This document shows, in pieces, positions 51,002-61,150 of a stretch of DNA of 64,000 nt. Each line of letters opens with the position of its first letter. The stretch's first letter is position 1. The DNA is from an uncultured Acidobacteriota bacterium (GTDB taxonomy: Bacteria > Acidobacteriota > UBA6911): the NCBI GenBank assembly GCA_963809485.1, contig CAWEJX010000001.1, forward strand, positions 384,001-448,000. Reading direction: 5' to 3'. The notes below the pieces were generated by a model. It worked only from the letters and a program-made list of their open reading frames with translations, was not told the origin of the DNA and made no database searches. Both the position numbers and the translations under genes were made by a program.

Positions 51002-52211
51002 TTATTTCTGCTCCTTCGCCAATCGCTGCACAATCTCCTCGAGCATGACAATGCGCGCATCCAATTTGGCAATTTCGATGTCTTTAGTAGAAATGGCTTT
51101 CTCCTGTTGCACCGTGTAAAGAGTCAGTTCCTCGATTTTCTCCAGAAGCTTCAGCTGGAACTCACTTACATTCAGACCCTTGCTCTTTACCTCGTCGGCA
51201 GAGGGGATATTCGGCAGATGCTTCTCCTTAGCGATGAATTTCTCAAGTTCATCAATACGCATCAGCCTGTAACCCGGATCAAAAACATAGTCGGGCACAT
51301 AGGAACCCGAGATCCGTCCAGATGAGGTCTCCGTCTATCTGGACATCCCCGGCAACATGCAGAAGCGATTGCGGCGCGGTGGTTCCGATACCGACATTGC
51401 CGGTATTTAGGATGGACACTCTTTCCGAAGTGAGATCGCGGTCCAGGAATGCAAAGCGGCCATTTTGGCCGGTATCGGTGGCAACGAAAGCAATTGCACC
51501 ATATTCGACCTGGCTTCCGCCAACCCTTCCTCGGAATTGGACCTTGCCAAGATAGTCACCCGCTATTATATCTGCGGCAGGCCGAGCCCTTTCCAATAGA
51601 AATGTCGGCGCGAATGTGCGCGTGAAAGGATCGCTAGTGCCATAATATCTTCGCAATCTAGCTACCGCTTGAGTGCCTTCAACCGTCAGTTGCCGGTCTG
51701 GATTTGTGACACCGATCCCGACATTTGTCTCTGCCGTGGCGCCATTGATGCCATTGACTCCTCCGAGGACAAGGCTGTTGCTTCGGGTAACCTGCGAAAA
51801 CAAGCCAATCGCCGTGGCGTTGGTGATCCCGGCTGCGCCGTTGGTTGAAGCACCCAAAAAAGTATTGCCATGTTCCACGGTATTGGAGTAGCCGGAGGCC
51901 CAGCCGATAAACAAGTTATAGCCGCCTGTGGTGTTGAAAAGGCCGGCAGACTCTCCAAAAAATGAATTGGCAGAACCACCTGTATTGTAGTTGCCAGCAC
52001 CCGAGCCGAAAAATGAGTTTGCATCGCCACTTGTGTTGCCGCCGGCGTTGGCCCCAAAGAAGGAATTGCTGGTTCCATCATTCCCATCTCCGGCGTTATT
52101 ACCGAATGAAGTTATATCGGCAGTCTGAATCTCAGTCGCCTGAACCATCCCTGCGCCGGAAACCACTAGAAACATCGCAAAGACAATCACCGAAAACCAT
52201 AGGTGTTTCAT
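51002..52211 (-). pseudogene. secreted tail-fibre-like protein split by one frameshift
   Basis: ORF 52211-51279 (signal peptide, NSFFG..AG repeats, NVGIGTTAP) continues in another frame as PDYVF..HLPNIPS..LLEKIEELTLY; deleting one C at 51306-51308 joins them. Confidence 0.75.
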
Positions 52212-52672
52212 TTATGCATTCCTCCAATTGATTAAGAGTCTCATTGTCAAACCTGAACCGCGAATACATTTCGTTCTCGAATGCCAATCCGCATCCGATG
52301 AAGATTTGAGGGCTCGCTGATTATAGCAGAGTTTAAACTACTAATAATCCACTGCCAAGGAGAAGGGGCATCCATCCAGTTCCGCTTCAACCGCCGTCTT
52401 CTATTGAGAGCGACGAAGACGGGGACAAAACCGTGCCGCATCGCTGGATAAAGGTTGCCTCTGTTCATGGACAGAAGCATGCAGGACCGCGAGGGCAAAA
52501 ACCTGCCCAAAGACCGGTCTCATGGAAATTAGCAGCGAAAAGCGCGCGACTGAAGTCTGCAGACAATCCGCTCCCAATAATACATATCGTAACTGCAAAT
52601 TGTATAGATTACACAAAAGGGATATTATTGGCGAAATCTTTGGATTCAAGGCGGTTAGCGGTGCTGGAAGTC

Positions 52673-53893
52673 ATGAAACCGGAAGAGCCGCAGTCGATAG
52701 CAGGACAAGATCAGTCTGATCCAGGCGAGTCTCTTCCTCATACCATTGCAATAGATGTCACATCCTGCCTTGCCAGCAACACAGGAGTTGGCGTTAGCAT
52801 TTCGGAATTGGTGAATGCATTAATTTCAGCTTCCGAAACTGACAAGCTCAAATTGTGTGCCGTTTCGATCAAGAGAAACGCCGCTTCGTTGCTGCAAAAA
52901 AGATTCCCTCACAGCTCCGTCTGCGTCAGGCCCTTTCCATTGAAACTCCTGGCGCCGATGGTCGACCGAAGCAACTTGCTTAAGGCTGAGATAATTTTTC
53001 AGGATGCGGACGTGTTTCACGCCGGGGCCTTCCTGGTTCCAGCCAGCAAAAAAACTGCAATCGTGGCGACCATTCACGACATCACCCCAATCCTATTTCC
53101 GGACTATCACCTGCCCAGCAATCTTTATACTGTTCGGCAACTCACCCGCCGATGTGAGCGGGCAGACCTCGTCATTGTTCCTTCACACAGTACCCGCAAA
53201 GATCTGGAGCAGTTCGGGATTGTTCCACCCCAGAAAGTGCGAGTGATTCCGCTCGCGGCGGATGCGGCATTCAGGCCGTCCATAGAACGGCCCTCGAAGC
53301 TGTTGCCGGATCTTGATGTGGATTGCAGCTACCTATTGACCGTGGGAGCTTTGGAGCCGCGCAAAAACCTTCCCCGCCTCTTCGAGGCATTCAGGCTGCT
53401 CAAGGACCGCTATCATATTCCACACAAACTGGTTGTTGCAGGGCCCGGCGGCTGGAAAAACCAGGATGTTTTTCAAAGTGTCCGCCGCTTGGATCTTTCC
53501 GATGCTATAGTATTTGCCGGATACGTACCGCGCGAAGTTCTGGGTTCGCTATACCGCCATGCCGCGATGCTGGTTTATCCTTCCCTGTACGAGGGATTCG
53601 GCTTGCCGCCGCTGGAAGCCATGGCATCCGGATGCCCCGTTGCGGTATCAAACACTAGTTCTCTTCCGGAAGTGGTCGGGGAGGCAGGCATTTACTTTGA
53701 TCCCCTTAATATTGAAGAGATCGCACGGGCAATTCATCAGGTCCTGAGTTCGAGTGAGTTGCGCGCAAGGCTGGTTCAATCGGGGCTTGCACAAAACGCA
53801 AAATTTTCCTGGAGAAAAACCGCTGAATCCACGCGTCGAGCCTATAAAGAAGCTCACGCCCTTCGGCAACAAAGGCGCATATCCCATGCATAG
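52673..53893 (+). CDS. GT4 glycosyltransferase (MtfB-like)
   Basis: [39 protein letters not shown]; start uncertain (52628/52673). Confidence 0.9.
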   Translation: MKPEEPQSIAGQDQSDPGESLPHTIAIDVTSCLASNTGVGVSISELVNALISASETDKLKLCAVSIKRNAASLLQKRFPHSSVCVRPFPLKLLAPMVDRSNLLKAEIIFQDADVFHAGAFLVPASKKTAIVATIHDITPILFPDYHLPSNLYTVRQLTRRCERADLVIVPSHSTRKDLEQFGIVPPQKVRVIPLAADAAFRPSIERPSKLLPDLDVDCSYLLTVGALEPRKNLPRLFEAFRLLKDRYHIPHKLVVAGPGGWKNQDVFQSVRRLDLSDAIVFAGYVPREVLGSLYRHAAMLVYPSLYEGFGLPPLEAMASGCPVAVSNTSSLPEVVGEAGIYFDPLNIEEIARAIHQVLSSSELRARLVQSGLAQNAKFSWRKTAESTRRAYKEAHALRQQRRISHA

Positions 53894-54435
53894 CCGGGAT
53901 TTCTTGCGGGATTCCTGGGTAAGCAGTGAATCTGAGCATGGCTGTTCGGGTTAGTCGTCGCAGGTTTCCGGTTGAAGGTTGCAGGTTTCAGTCATGAAGC
54001 CTTCAATCGAGAGCATGCATGCCCATATGCGGCTGCAGTAGGCAAGCTGATGGAAAAATGGGTGCCTAAAACTTTTAAATCCAGTTATGCAAATCACCCT
54101 ATTCGGGAGGCATAGAGCAATTATTACCTTGCGGATAGAGGCACATCCCCGTTAAAAAGCAGCCAGGGACTGGATGCGCAGGGATCGGGATGCGAAGAGA
54201 CATTCGTGAAAATAGGGTTGGTTTGGATTACACTGTGGCTTTGCGGACGGTGGTTTCCAAGGGACCATAACCCGGGGCGGTGCTGTCGAGCATAAATATG
54301 CGCAGCACAGAAACAGCCGGCCCAGGAACCATAAGGTTCAGAATAGCGGTACGCCCGTGCCAATCCAGCGCACCGACGGAGTGTCGTTCGCCTAAAGTAA
54401 TCTGGCGGCGTTTTTCGCTGCAAACGGGTCAACTC

Positions 54436-55260
54436 TTGGCTCATCAAATTCGAGTTTTGATAAAGAGCTTTTGGGAATTTCTCCTGACGCTGTATTATCG
54501 ACGTTTCCTCATAATAGAGATGGCGAAACGCGATATCGCGCAGAATCAGATCGGCACATTTCTCGGATTTTTCTGGACTTTCATCAATCCGCTTATTCTC
54601 ATTTGCATACTCTGGCTAGTCTTCAGCGTTGGGTTCAAGACGCCCACTCATAGCGGAGTAGCCTTTGTTGTCTGGCTTACCACCGGGCTCATTGTATGGA
54701 ATGCATTTGCCGAAATCCTGAATGGAGCAACACCTGCTATTCGGAACAATCCACATCTCGTGAAGAAGGTACTCTTCCCCCTCAGCATCCTTGCAGTCGT
54801 TAAGATGGTGGCCGCGCTCCTGGTCCACCTGGTGTTCCTGCTCATCCTCATCGCCTTGATCCTGGGTCACGGATTGCCGGCAAGCATCTGCTGGCTTCAG
54901 GCAGTATATTATCTCACAGCCATGCTGGTGCTCGCACTCGGCCTCAGCTGGATGACTTCCGCCTTATCCGTATTTGTTCGCGATGTCGGGCAGATTGTAT
55001 CGGTGCTTCTGCAACTCGGCTTCTGGGCTACGCCGATCTTCTGGAATCTTGAAATGATGCCGGATCGAGTTCGGCTATTGCTGAAGCTGAATCCGATGTA
55101 TTACGTGGTTCAGGGATACCGCGATTCATTCCTGCATTTTGTTCCCTTTTGGCACCACCCTGTTCTTACCCTGTACTTCTGGCTCGTGACAATGGCGCTT
55201 TTCATTTTGGGAGCGATCGTTTTTCAGCGGCTGAAGCCAAGCTTTGCGGATGTACTCTAG
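54436..55260 (+). CDS. wzm: ABC transporter permease for polysaccharide export
   Basis: LG.FW..INPL, LVKKVLFP, RDV.Q, FWATPIFW, LNPMYY, FADVL; start uncertain. Confidence 0.9.
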   Translation: MAHQIRVLIKSFWEFLLTLYYRRFLIIEMAKRDIAQNQIGTFLGFFWTFINPLILICILWLVFSVGFKTPTHSGVAFVVWLTTGLIVWNAFAEILNGATPAIRNNPHLVKKVLFPLSILAVVKMVAALLVHLVFLLILIALILGHGLPASICWLQAVYYLTAMLVLALGLSWMTSALSVFVRDVGQIVSVLLQLGFWATPIFWNLEMMPDRVRLLLKLNPMYYVVQGYRDSFLHFVPFWHHPVLTLYFWLVTMALFILGAIVFQRLKPSFADVL

Positions 55261-55484
55261 AGAATGACAACCGGGTGCCCCTAAAAACCGTCGTCGCATG
55301 AGCGTGAAACAGCAGGCATGCCCGGATGCGCAGCCTTGGGAACAACCCATGGAAAATGAAGTATTGGGATATCGGGCGAATCGCCTTAAGATAAAGCATC
55401 TCCAGCAGATATGGAGAGTTGCTTCCGTTCGGATTACGAGCTGTGTGATAAACAGTCTCCGCAAGGAAAGGAGTTTTCGCAGGA

Positions 55485-57346
55485 ATGAGGCGGCTTGCGT
55501 CGGTTGAGGAGTTGCGCTCGCAGCGCTTTTGTTCATTCATGGCCCGTGTCCATGGATTTGCCCGTATCCAGGGCCTCCGTGTCCACACCGATTGCTCGAA
55601 AGCCTGGGAGTATCCATGGACCTGGCAATACCTCCGAGAACTTCCCTTCGAAGGACTTAGGATACTCGATATCGGCTCCGGCCTCTCCCCGATGCCGTGG
55701 TTTTTCGCGTCTCTTGGCGCTAGCGTAACCATGGTTGAAGCAGATCCTGCCTATGAGGCCAGATGGCGCGCGCTGAGAGAAGGAAACGCGTTCAATGTGA
55801 ATTGGCATGTCGCTAACGGGCCGGAACTTCCAGTAGCGTCGGATACCTTCGATCTGGCAACCTCCTACTCGGTGATTGAACATATCGGCGACAGAGAAAC
55901 AGCCATCGAGGAGGCAATCCGGATCCTCAAGCCGGGCGGACTTCTCTGCTTCACTTTCGATATCTGCGAGCCATCGCGCGGAATGAGCCTCCCGGAGTTG
56001 AACGGGCAGGCATTTGACATGGAATCTTTCGACCGTCTGGTCTGGCGCAGGGCCGACCTCGAACCTCTTTATCCGCCAGCGCAGTGGAATGACAAAGATA
56101 TTGAAGGATTCCTGGAATGGCATCGCGCCATTGCGGCGCCGCAATAATTATGTTGTGGGAGCAGCCGTCCTGCGAAAGAAGAAAATTCCCATTCGATCCA
56201 AAACAAAGGGAACGATCCGCGTACATCAGCTTGATACTGGACTGGGCGCCGGCAATACGGGAGACGACGCGATGTTCCTTGCCGCAGTCGAGCATTTGCC
56301 GGCCGATTTCAATTTAACTACGGAAGTTCATGCGCTATCAAGAACCAGGACGCTGCCGCAGGGCGTGCGCTACATTTAATGGACGACAAACCTGCAGTGG
56401 AGGAAAGCATCCGTCAAGCTCAATTGGTTCTAATAATGGGCGATACGCCCATCATGGACGCGTGGGGATTGGAATGGCCTTTGCTGTCAAACGCACCGAA
56501 GCTCGAGATTTTGCCACCATCTGGGCAAGCCGGTTCACGCGGTCGGAATCGGAGTCGACCGGCTCGAAACGGAAGGCGAGCGCATTTTTCGTGAATTTTA
56601 TTCTCCCATCGCCTCCTGGTCGGTGCGCTCGGAATCTTGCAGACGCGCATTGCAGGAGATGGGAGTCGCCGATGATAGAATCCACGTCGGGGCGGACTGG
56701 GCCTGGCTCCTGAACTGTCCAATCGACAAGCAGTGGGCAGCGGAGTGGCTGAGCCTGTGCGGCGTCGCAGACGGGAAGACTGAATATCGGCGTCAATGTG
56801 GTCAACGAAATGTGGAGTGGCAATCGGGAAAGGAAAAAAGCCTGTGCATCTTTGCTTGACCGGCTGATTGAGAAACACGACGCACAGGAATCTTTTCTTC
56901 TGTAACGAGTCGCGGCCCGGAGCATATTTCGACCGGGCGGCCTCCGATGGAGGTACGGCGGCTATGAATCATCCGTCCTTTCTTCTGCCTGATCGGTTTT
57001 ACATGCCCTCCGAGACAATCTCACTAATATGCCGTCCATGCAGCTGACGATCAGCCAGCGTTATCATTTCACGCTTTTTTCAGTCCTTGCCGGTGTCTAT
57101 CCGATTTCGATTCAGCGAGGCCAGAAAATGCGTTCGCTAAATGAAGATCTTGGCCTTCCCTTCGTTGGAAACATGGAATACCTTGAAGCAGCCGGCATCG
57201 AGCATGAAATCGAGGCCCTGCTGGTTAGTGCCGAATCAAAGCTTGAGCCCTTGCGATTGCGCAAACAACAGCTCAAAAAGCGTGCCGCCGGCAATTTTTC
57301 GCTGGTAGGATATCCGCATGCGGAAGTTTTGCCGGAAAGATTCTGA
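55485..57346 (+). pseudogene. class I SAM methyltransferase fused to polysaccharide pyruvyltransferase, multiply frameshifted
   Basis: WEYPW, LDIGSG, SVIEH, LKPGG; then across shifting frames GNTGDDAM, GKPVHAVGIGVD, SVRSES..ADWAW, IGVNV, ISQRYH. Confidence 0.72.
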
Positions 57347-57760
57347 GGAATCGGGATTTGGCAATGACACAGGTCCAGGGTATTTAGCGGCCACGGTGAA
57401 TGCTCCCGTGGTTACAGTCAGCAGGATCGGAAACTGCCCGGCGTGCGTTCGCGGAGGCAAAAACCCCATTGCATTCTCCCGCGAAGCGCCCTGGATCGGC
57501 TATGCATAGGCGGGGCTTGGGATTTTGATGCGAAAATAGGAAGTGTACCGCTGGCGACGCAGAAGGCTTTGGACCGAATGATCGAATTACCTGAGGTTAC
57601 TACGGGGTGAATTTGCTGGATATGCAATTTGCGGCTAAAAGCCGTTTTGTGTTCCCAGGAATCAGGCTTAAAAGCATAATCCGGTGGATCTCCTGCAGAA
57701 TAAAAAACCCACGTTGCTCGAAGCTTAAGTTAACATTATGGCTTTGCGCGGAAGATCAAG

Positions 57761-58663
57761 ATGCGGGAATTGAAGCATCCCGATGTAACGATTGTGACTC
57801 CCTCCTATAACCAGGGAGCCTTTATAGAGGAGACGATTCTCAGTGTCCTGAGCCAGGAGGGTGTGAGCATCGAATATAGGGTCATGGATGGAGGATCCAC
57901 AGACGGCACAATAAGGATTCTGGAGAAATACGCTGGCCGCCTGGAGTACGTTTCGGAAAAAGACAAAGGGCAGGCCGACGGTATAAACAAGGGGCTACAA
58001 AACCTGAGCGGCAGGATATTCGCCTATATTAATTCGGACGATATCTATCTTCCCGGCGCAGTAGCCAAGGCGGTTCATTATCTCGATGCTCATCCCGAAA
58101 TGGCTATAGTCTACGGCGAGGGATATCATATGGACGCTCAGGGCAGGTTTCTGGAGCGCTATGGCACCGAACCATTTGATTTCCGCCGACTTGCGGAAAT
58201 CTGCTTTATATGTCAGCCAACGGTATTCATTCGCCGCGAAATGCTTTCTGCCATCGGCTATTTTGATGCGAGTCTTCAATACTGCCTGGATTACGACTAC
58301 TGGATCCGTGTCGGCAAGCGTTTCTCTATCGGCTACATCCCCGAGTATCTGGCAGCTTCGAGACTTCATTCCGGCACCAAGACGCTCACCAAACGCGTCG
58401 AGGTCCACGAAGAATCCCTGCTCACGATCAAGCATCATTACGGGCACGTGCCTGGGCGCTGGATAGCAGCCTGGGCGCATGCTTGGCTGGGGAGGCGCCT
58501 CTCCAGAGAAGGCTGGGTAAAGGAGCGGGCCTTCTGGGTTCTCGTGCGTCTCGTTTTCCTCGCGAAATACATCTCCGTCAACCGAAATGTGCCGATCGAC
58601 GATTTCATCAAGCAACTGAGGCGCAAAAACTTTTGGCATTCAGACACCACTGGAGCGGCATAA
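57761..58663 (+). CDS. GT2 glycosyltransferase
   Basis: IVTPSYNQ, DGGSTDGT, DKGQAD.INKG, YINSDD, ICQP, DYDYW. Confidence 0.92.
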   Translation: MRELKHPDVTIVTPSYNQGAFIEETILSVLSQEGVSIEYRVMDGGSTDGTIRILEKYAGRLEYVSEKDKGQADGINKGLQNLSGRIFAYINSDDIYLPGAVAKAVHYLDAHPEMAIVYGEGYHMDAQGRFLERYGTEPFDFRRLAEICFICQPTVFIRREMLSAIGYFDASLQYCLDYDYWIRVGKRFSIGYIPEYLAASRLHSGTKTLTKRVEVHEESLLTIKHHYGHVPGRWIAAWAHAWLGRRLSREGWVKERAFWVLVRLVFLAKYISVNRNVPIDDFIKQLRRKNFWHSDTTGAA

Positions 58664-58976
58664 AACAACCGGTGAGGATCGCCCTGGATGTCAGTTTGGT
58701 AATTCGATAGTTAAGGGGATGTCACCTTTCATTTATTGTTGCCGGCGGACGATGATATTATTTTCACCGGCGCCGGCTTCCGGCCGGCTTCAAAACTGAT
58801 GTCATGGTGAGGCTGACATTCACGGCTCGACCATGCCAATAAGCATTGGGTATGGGTGGCGCGAATCGCTTCCGAAAAACATGAATGTGACTTTGGCTAA
58901 TGATCCGCACAGTCTATCGAGGCCAGATACGGTAAAGGCTGATATCAATGAATGATTGTCCCGTGGTGGTATCGCG

Positions 58977-59380
58977 CAGTCAGGTACCTCCGGCAAAGCC
59001 GGAGGCTTGATAGATTTGAACCGCTCAAAGCGGTTGGAGGAGTTACCCCGGTCTTGAACGCTGACTTACGCGGGCAAAAGCCGATGAGGCGCTTCCGATC
59101 CCCGCAGCGGCCAGCGCTCCGCGCTGGACAGTTTTCTGCGGCGGCACTGTGGCAAGCGCCGTGCGGCAAGGAGATGAAGGGTATGAGAAACCGGGCGTTT
59201 GCCACAGTGCCGCCGCAGAAAACTCCATCGGAAGCGCCTCATCGGCTTTTGCTCGCCGACCCTCGACGAACAAATCGGCGTTTGTCAGCGCTTTTGTCAG
59301 CGTTTCTCAGCGTTTCAAATTACGGAACTGTCAAACTCTTTGAGTCCCCCGGCAGAGCCGAGGGTTTACCAATGGAATTA
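58977..59380 (-). mobile_element. non-autonomous IS200/IS605-like element (PATE/MITE), copy 2, with nested inverted repeats
   Basis: Hairpins CCTCCGGC-AAA-GCCGGAGG, AACCGCTCAAAGCGGTT and CCCCGGCAGAGCCGAGGG; matches 4391-4634. Confidence 0.72.
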
Positions 59381-59412
59381 CTGATGAATGCAGCATTTCT
59401 GATAGTGAATGA

Positions 59413-61065
59413 ATGACTATTAAAGATAAAGAAGCAATTGATTTCGCAAAATGCCGCAACGTGCTGATTCCCCGCCTGGATACTTTTGGCGACATTGTGT
59501 TGCTGCAGGGATTTATTGCTGCGCTGCTCGAATATCTTCCTGAAGCCCGGATTACACTCCTGGTACGCCAGGGATACGAGCAACTGGCTTCCATGTTTCC
59601 CGGGCGTTTGCTTTGGAAAACCACACGGATTCATCCATACCGGAAGCCGTACGATTATCAGGAGATAAAATCATTTCTGGAGGAACTGAAAAAGGAGTCT
59701 TACGACCTTCTGTTGACCACAACCTATAACCGCACCTGGCCGGACGACTTGCTGGCCCTGGCATTAGCGGATTCACAGCGGGTGGCCATCGGCGACCCGC
59801 AACCCATTTCTCCCGATGCAGCGGAGGTTTGGGCAAAGTATGGCGGTATCCCCAATGAAGGACACTATGATTTATGGGTTCCCGTGGAAGGAAGGATCCA
59901 CGAGACAGAAAAATATCAGTCATTGTGGAGTAAAATCGCCCCTGGAAGCAAATCTATCCCGCAGCCGCATTTGATTATTCCGCAAGAGGAAAGCAACCGG
60001 GCAAGCGATGTAATTGCCCGTGCCGGCCTTAAAGAAGGAGAATTTGTTTTCTGTTTCCCGGCCGGCGTCGCCAATATCAAAACCAAGGTATGGCCGGCGA
60101 ACAACTACGCCGAGGTCATCTATCGCCTCGAAAAAAATCATTCCTTGCGATCCCTTGTCGCGGGTCATGTGTCGGAAAAAAGCATAGTCGATGAAGTGGT
60201 TGGACTTGCCAGAAAGCTTGGGGCGAATGCGGCTGGATGGTTGGGCACCGACGGCAACATTTCTCTTGCTGGGGCATTGGCGGATAAATCCCTCTTTTAT
60301 TTTGGAAATGATACGAGTTTGATGCATATGGCCGCAGCACTGAAGAAACCCGTGGTAGCCATATTCGGAGGTGGAACATGGCCAAGGTTTTTGCCGGCAG
60401 CAAAAATCAGTCGTGTATTCACAACGTCAATGCCGTGCTTTTATTGCATGTGGAATTGCATTTTTGACCGGCCATTTTGCATCAATTGGGTAAAGGTGGA
60501 TATTGTCGAGAAAGAAATGGCCGTTGTATTGGAGGAAATACACACCGGGAACGGAACTGGCAAAGTATTGCAGCAGCATCCCGATAGTCTGCAGTCGATA
60601 CAAATTCTTGAAAAGTCCGTGGAATGCCTCATGGCGGAAAAAGATAAGCTAAAAATCAGTGAAGCGGACCGGGCGGCGCGGCTGGAGGTGATCCACGGGC
60701 AGCAGAATGCCTTGGACAGTCTGCGCCAGCAGCTGGAGGCGTCGGAAGCCGATCGGGCGGCGCGGCTGGAGGTGATCCACGGGCAGCAGAATGCCTTGGA
60801 CAGTCTGCGCCAGCAGCTGGAGGCATCGGAAGCCGATCGAGCAGCGCGGCTGGAGGTGATCCACGGGCAGCAGGAAGCGCTGGACAGCTTGCGCCAGCAG
60901 CTGGAAACCTCCGAAGCAGACCGAGCGGCACGGCTGGAGGCGATCCGGGAGAAGGATGAACAACTGATAAAAGCCAGCGATGAATACAAGCGACTCCGTG
61001 AAGGCTATTCCTATAGGATCGGCCATTTGATTTTATGGCCGCTAAAAAAAATATTGAATAAGTAG
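59413..61065 (+). CDS. GT9 (heptosyltransferase-like) with C-terminal coiled-coil repeat
   Basis: RLDTFGDIVL, IHETE, K.WP, GNDTSLMHMAAALKKPVVAIFG, PCFYC.W.C. Confidence 0.85.
   Translation: MTIKDKEAIDFAKCRNVLIPRLDTFGDIVLLQGFIAALLEYLPEARITLLVRQGYEQLASMFPGRLLWKTTRIHPYRKPYDYQEIKSFLEELKKESYDLLLTTTYNRTWPDDLLALALADSQRVAIGDPQPISPDAAEVWAKYGGIPNEGHYDLWVPVEGRIHETEKYQSLWSKIAPGSKSIPQPHLIIPQEESNRASDVIARAGLKEGEFVFCFPAGVANIKTKVWPANNYAEVIYRLEKNHSLRSLVAGHVSEKSIVDEVVGLARKLGANAAGWLGTDGNISLAGALADKSLFYFGNDTSLMHMAAALKKPVVAIFGGGTWPRFLPAAKISRVFTTSMPCFYCMWNCIFDRPFCINWVKVDIVEKEMAVVLEEIHTGNGTGKVLQQHPDSLQSIQILEKSVECLMAEKDKLKISEADRAARLEVIHGQQNALDSLRQQLEASEADRAARLEVIHGQQNALDSLRQQLEASEADRAARLEVIHGQQEALDSLRQQLETSEADRAARLEAIREKDEQLIKASDEYKRLREGYSYRIGHLILWPLKKILNK
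60658..60945 (+). repeat. 84-bp (28-aa) tandem repeat x~3.4
   Basis: SEADRAARLEVIHGQQ(N/E)ALDSLRQQLE(A/T) units start at 60658, 60742, 60826 and 60910 (partial). Confidence 0.95.
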
Positions 61066-61150
61066 CAAATATATCGCCGCTGCATTGGAGTCTACCTCGG
61101 TATTATTTGGCAGAGCGGAAATCGCGATATGATAATAAAAAGGATCCCCT

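Noticed and set aside
51002-52211. Prophage remnant
   Set aside because: The fibre-like gene has a signal peptide and no other phage genes are nearby.
58945-59416. ORFs over the repeat element (also 4535-4834) as a transposase
   Set aside because: No HUH/Tyr, RuvC or DDE motifs; they are shadows of the palindromic sequence.
60658-60945. CRISPR-like array
   Set aside because: Contiguous in-frame coding repeat with synonymous variation, no spacers and no cas genes.
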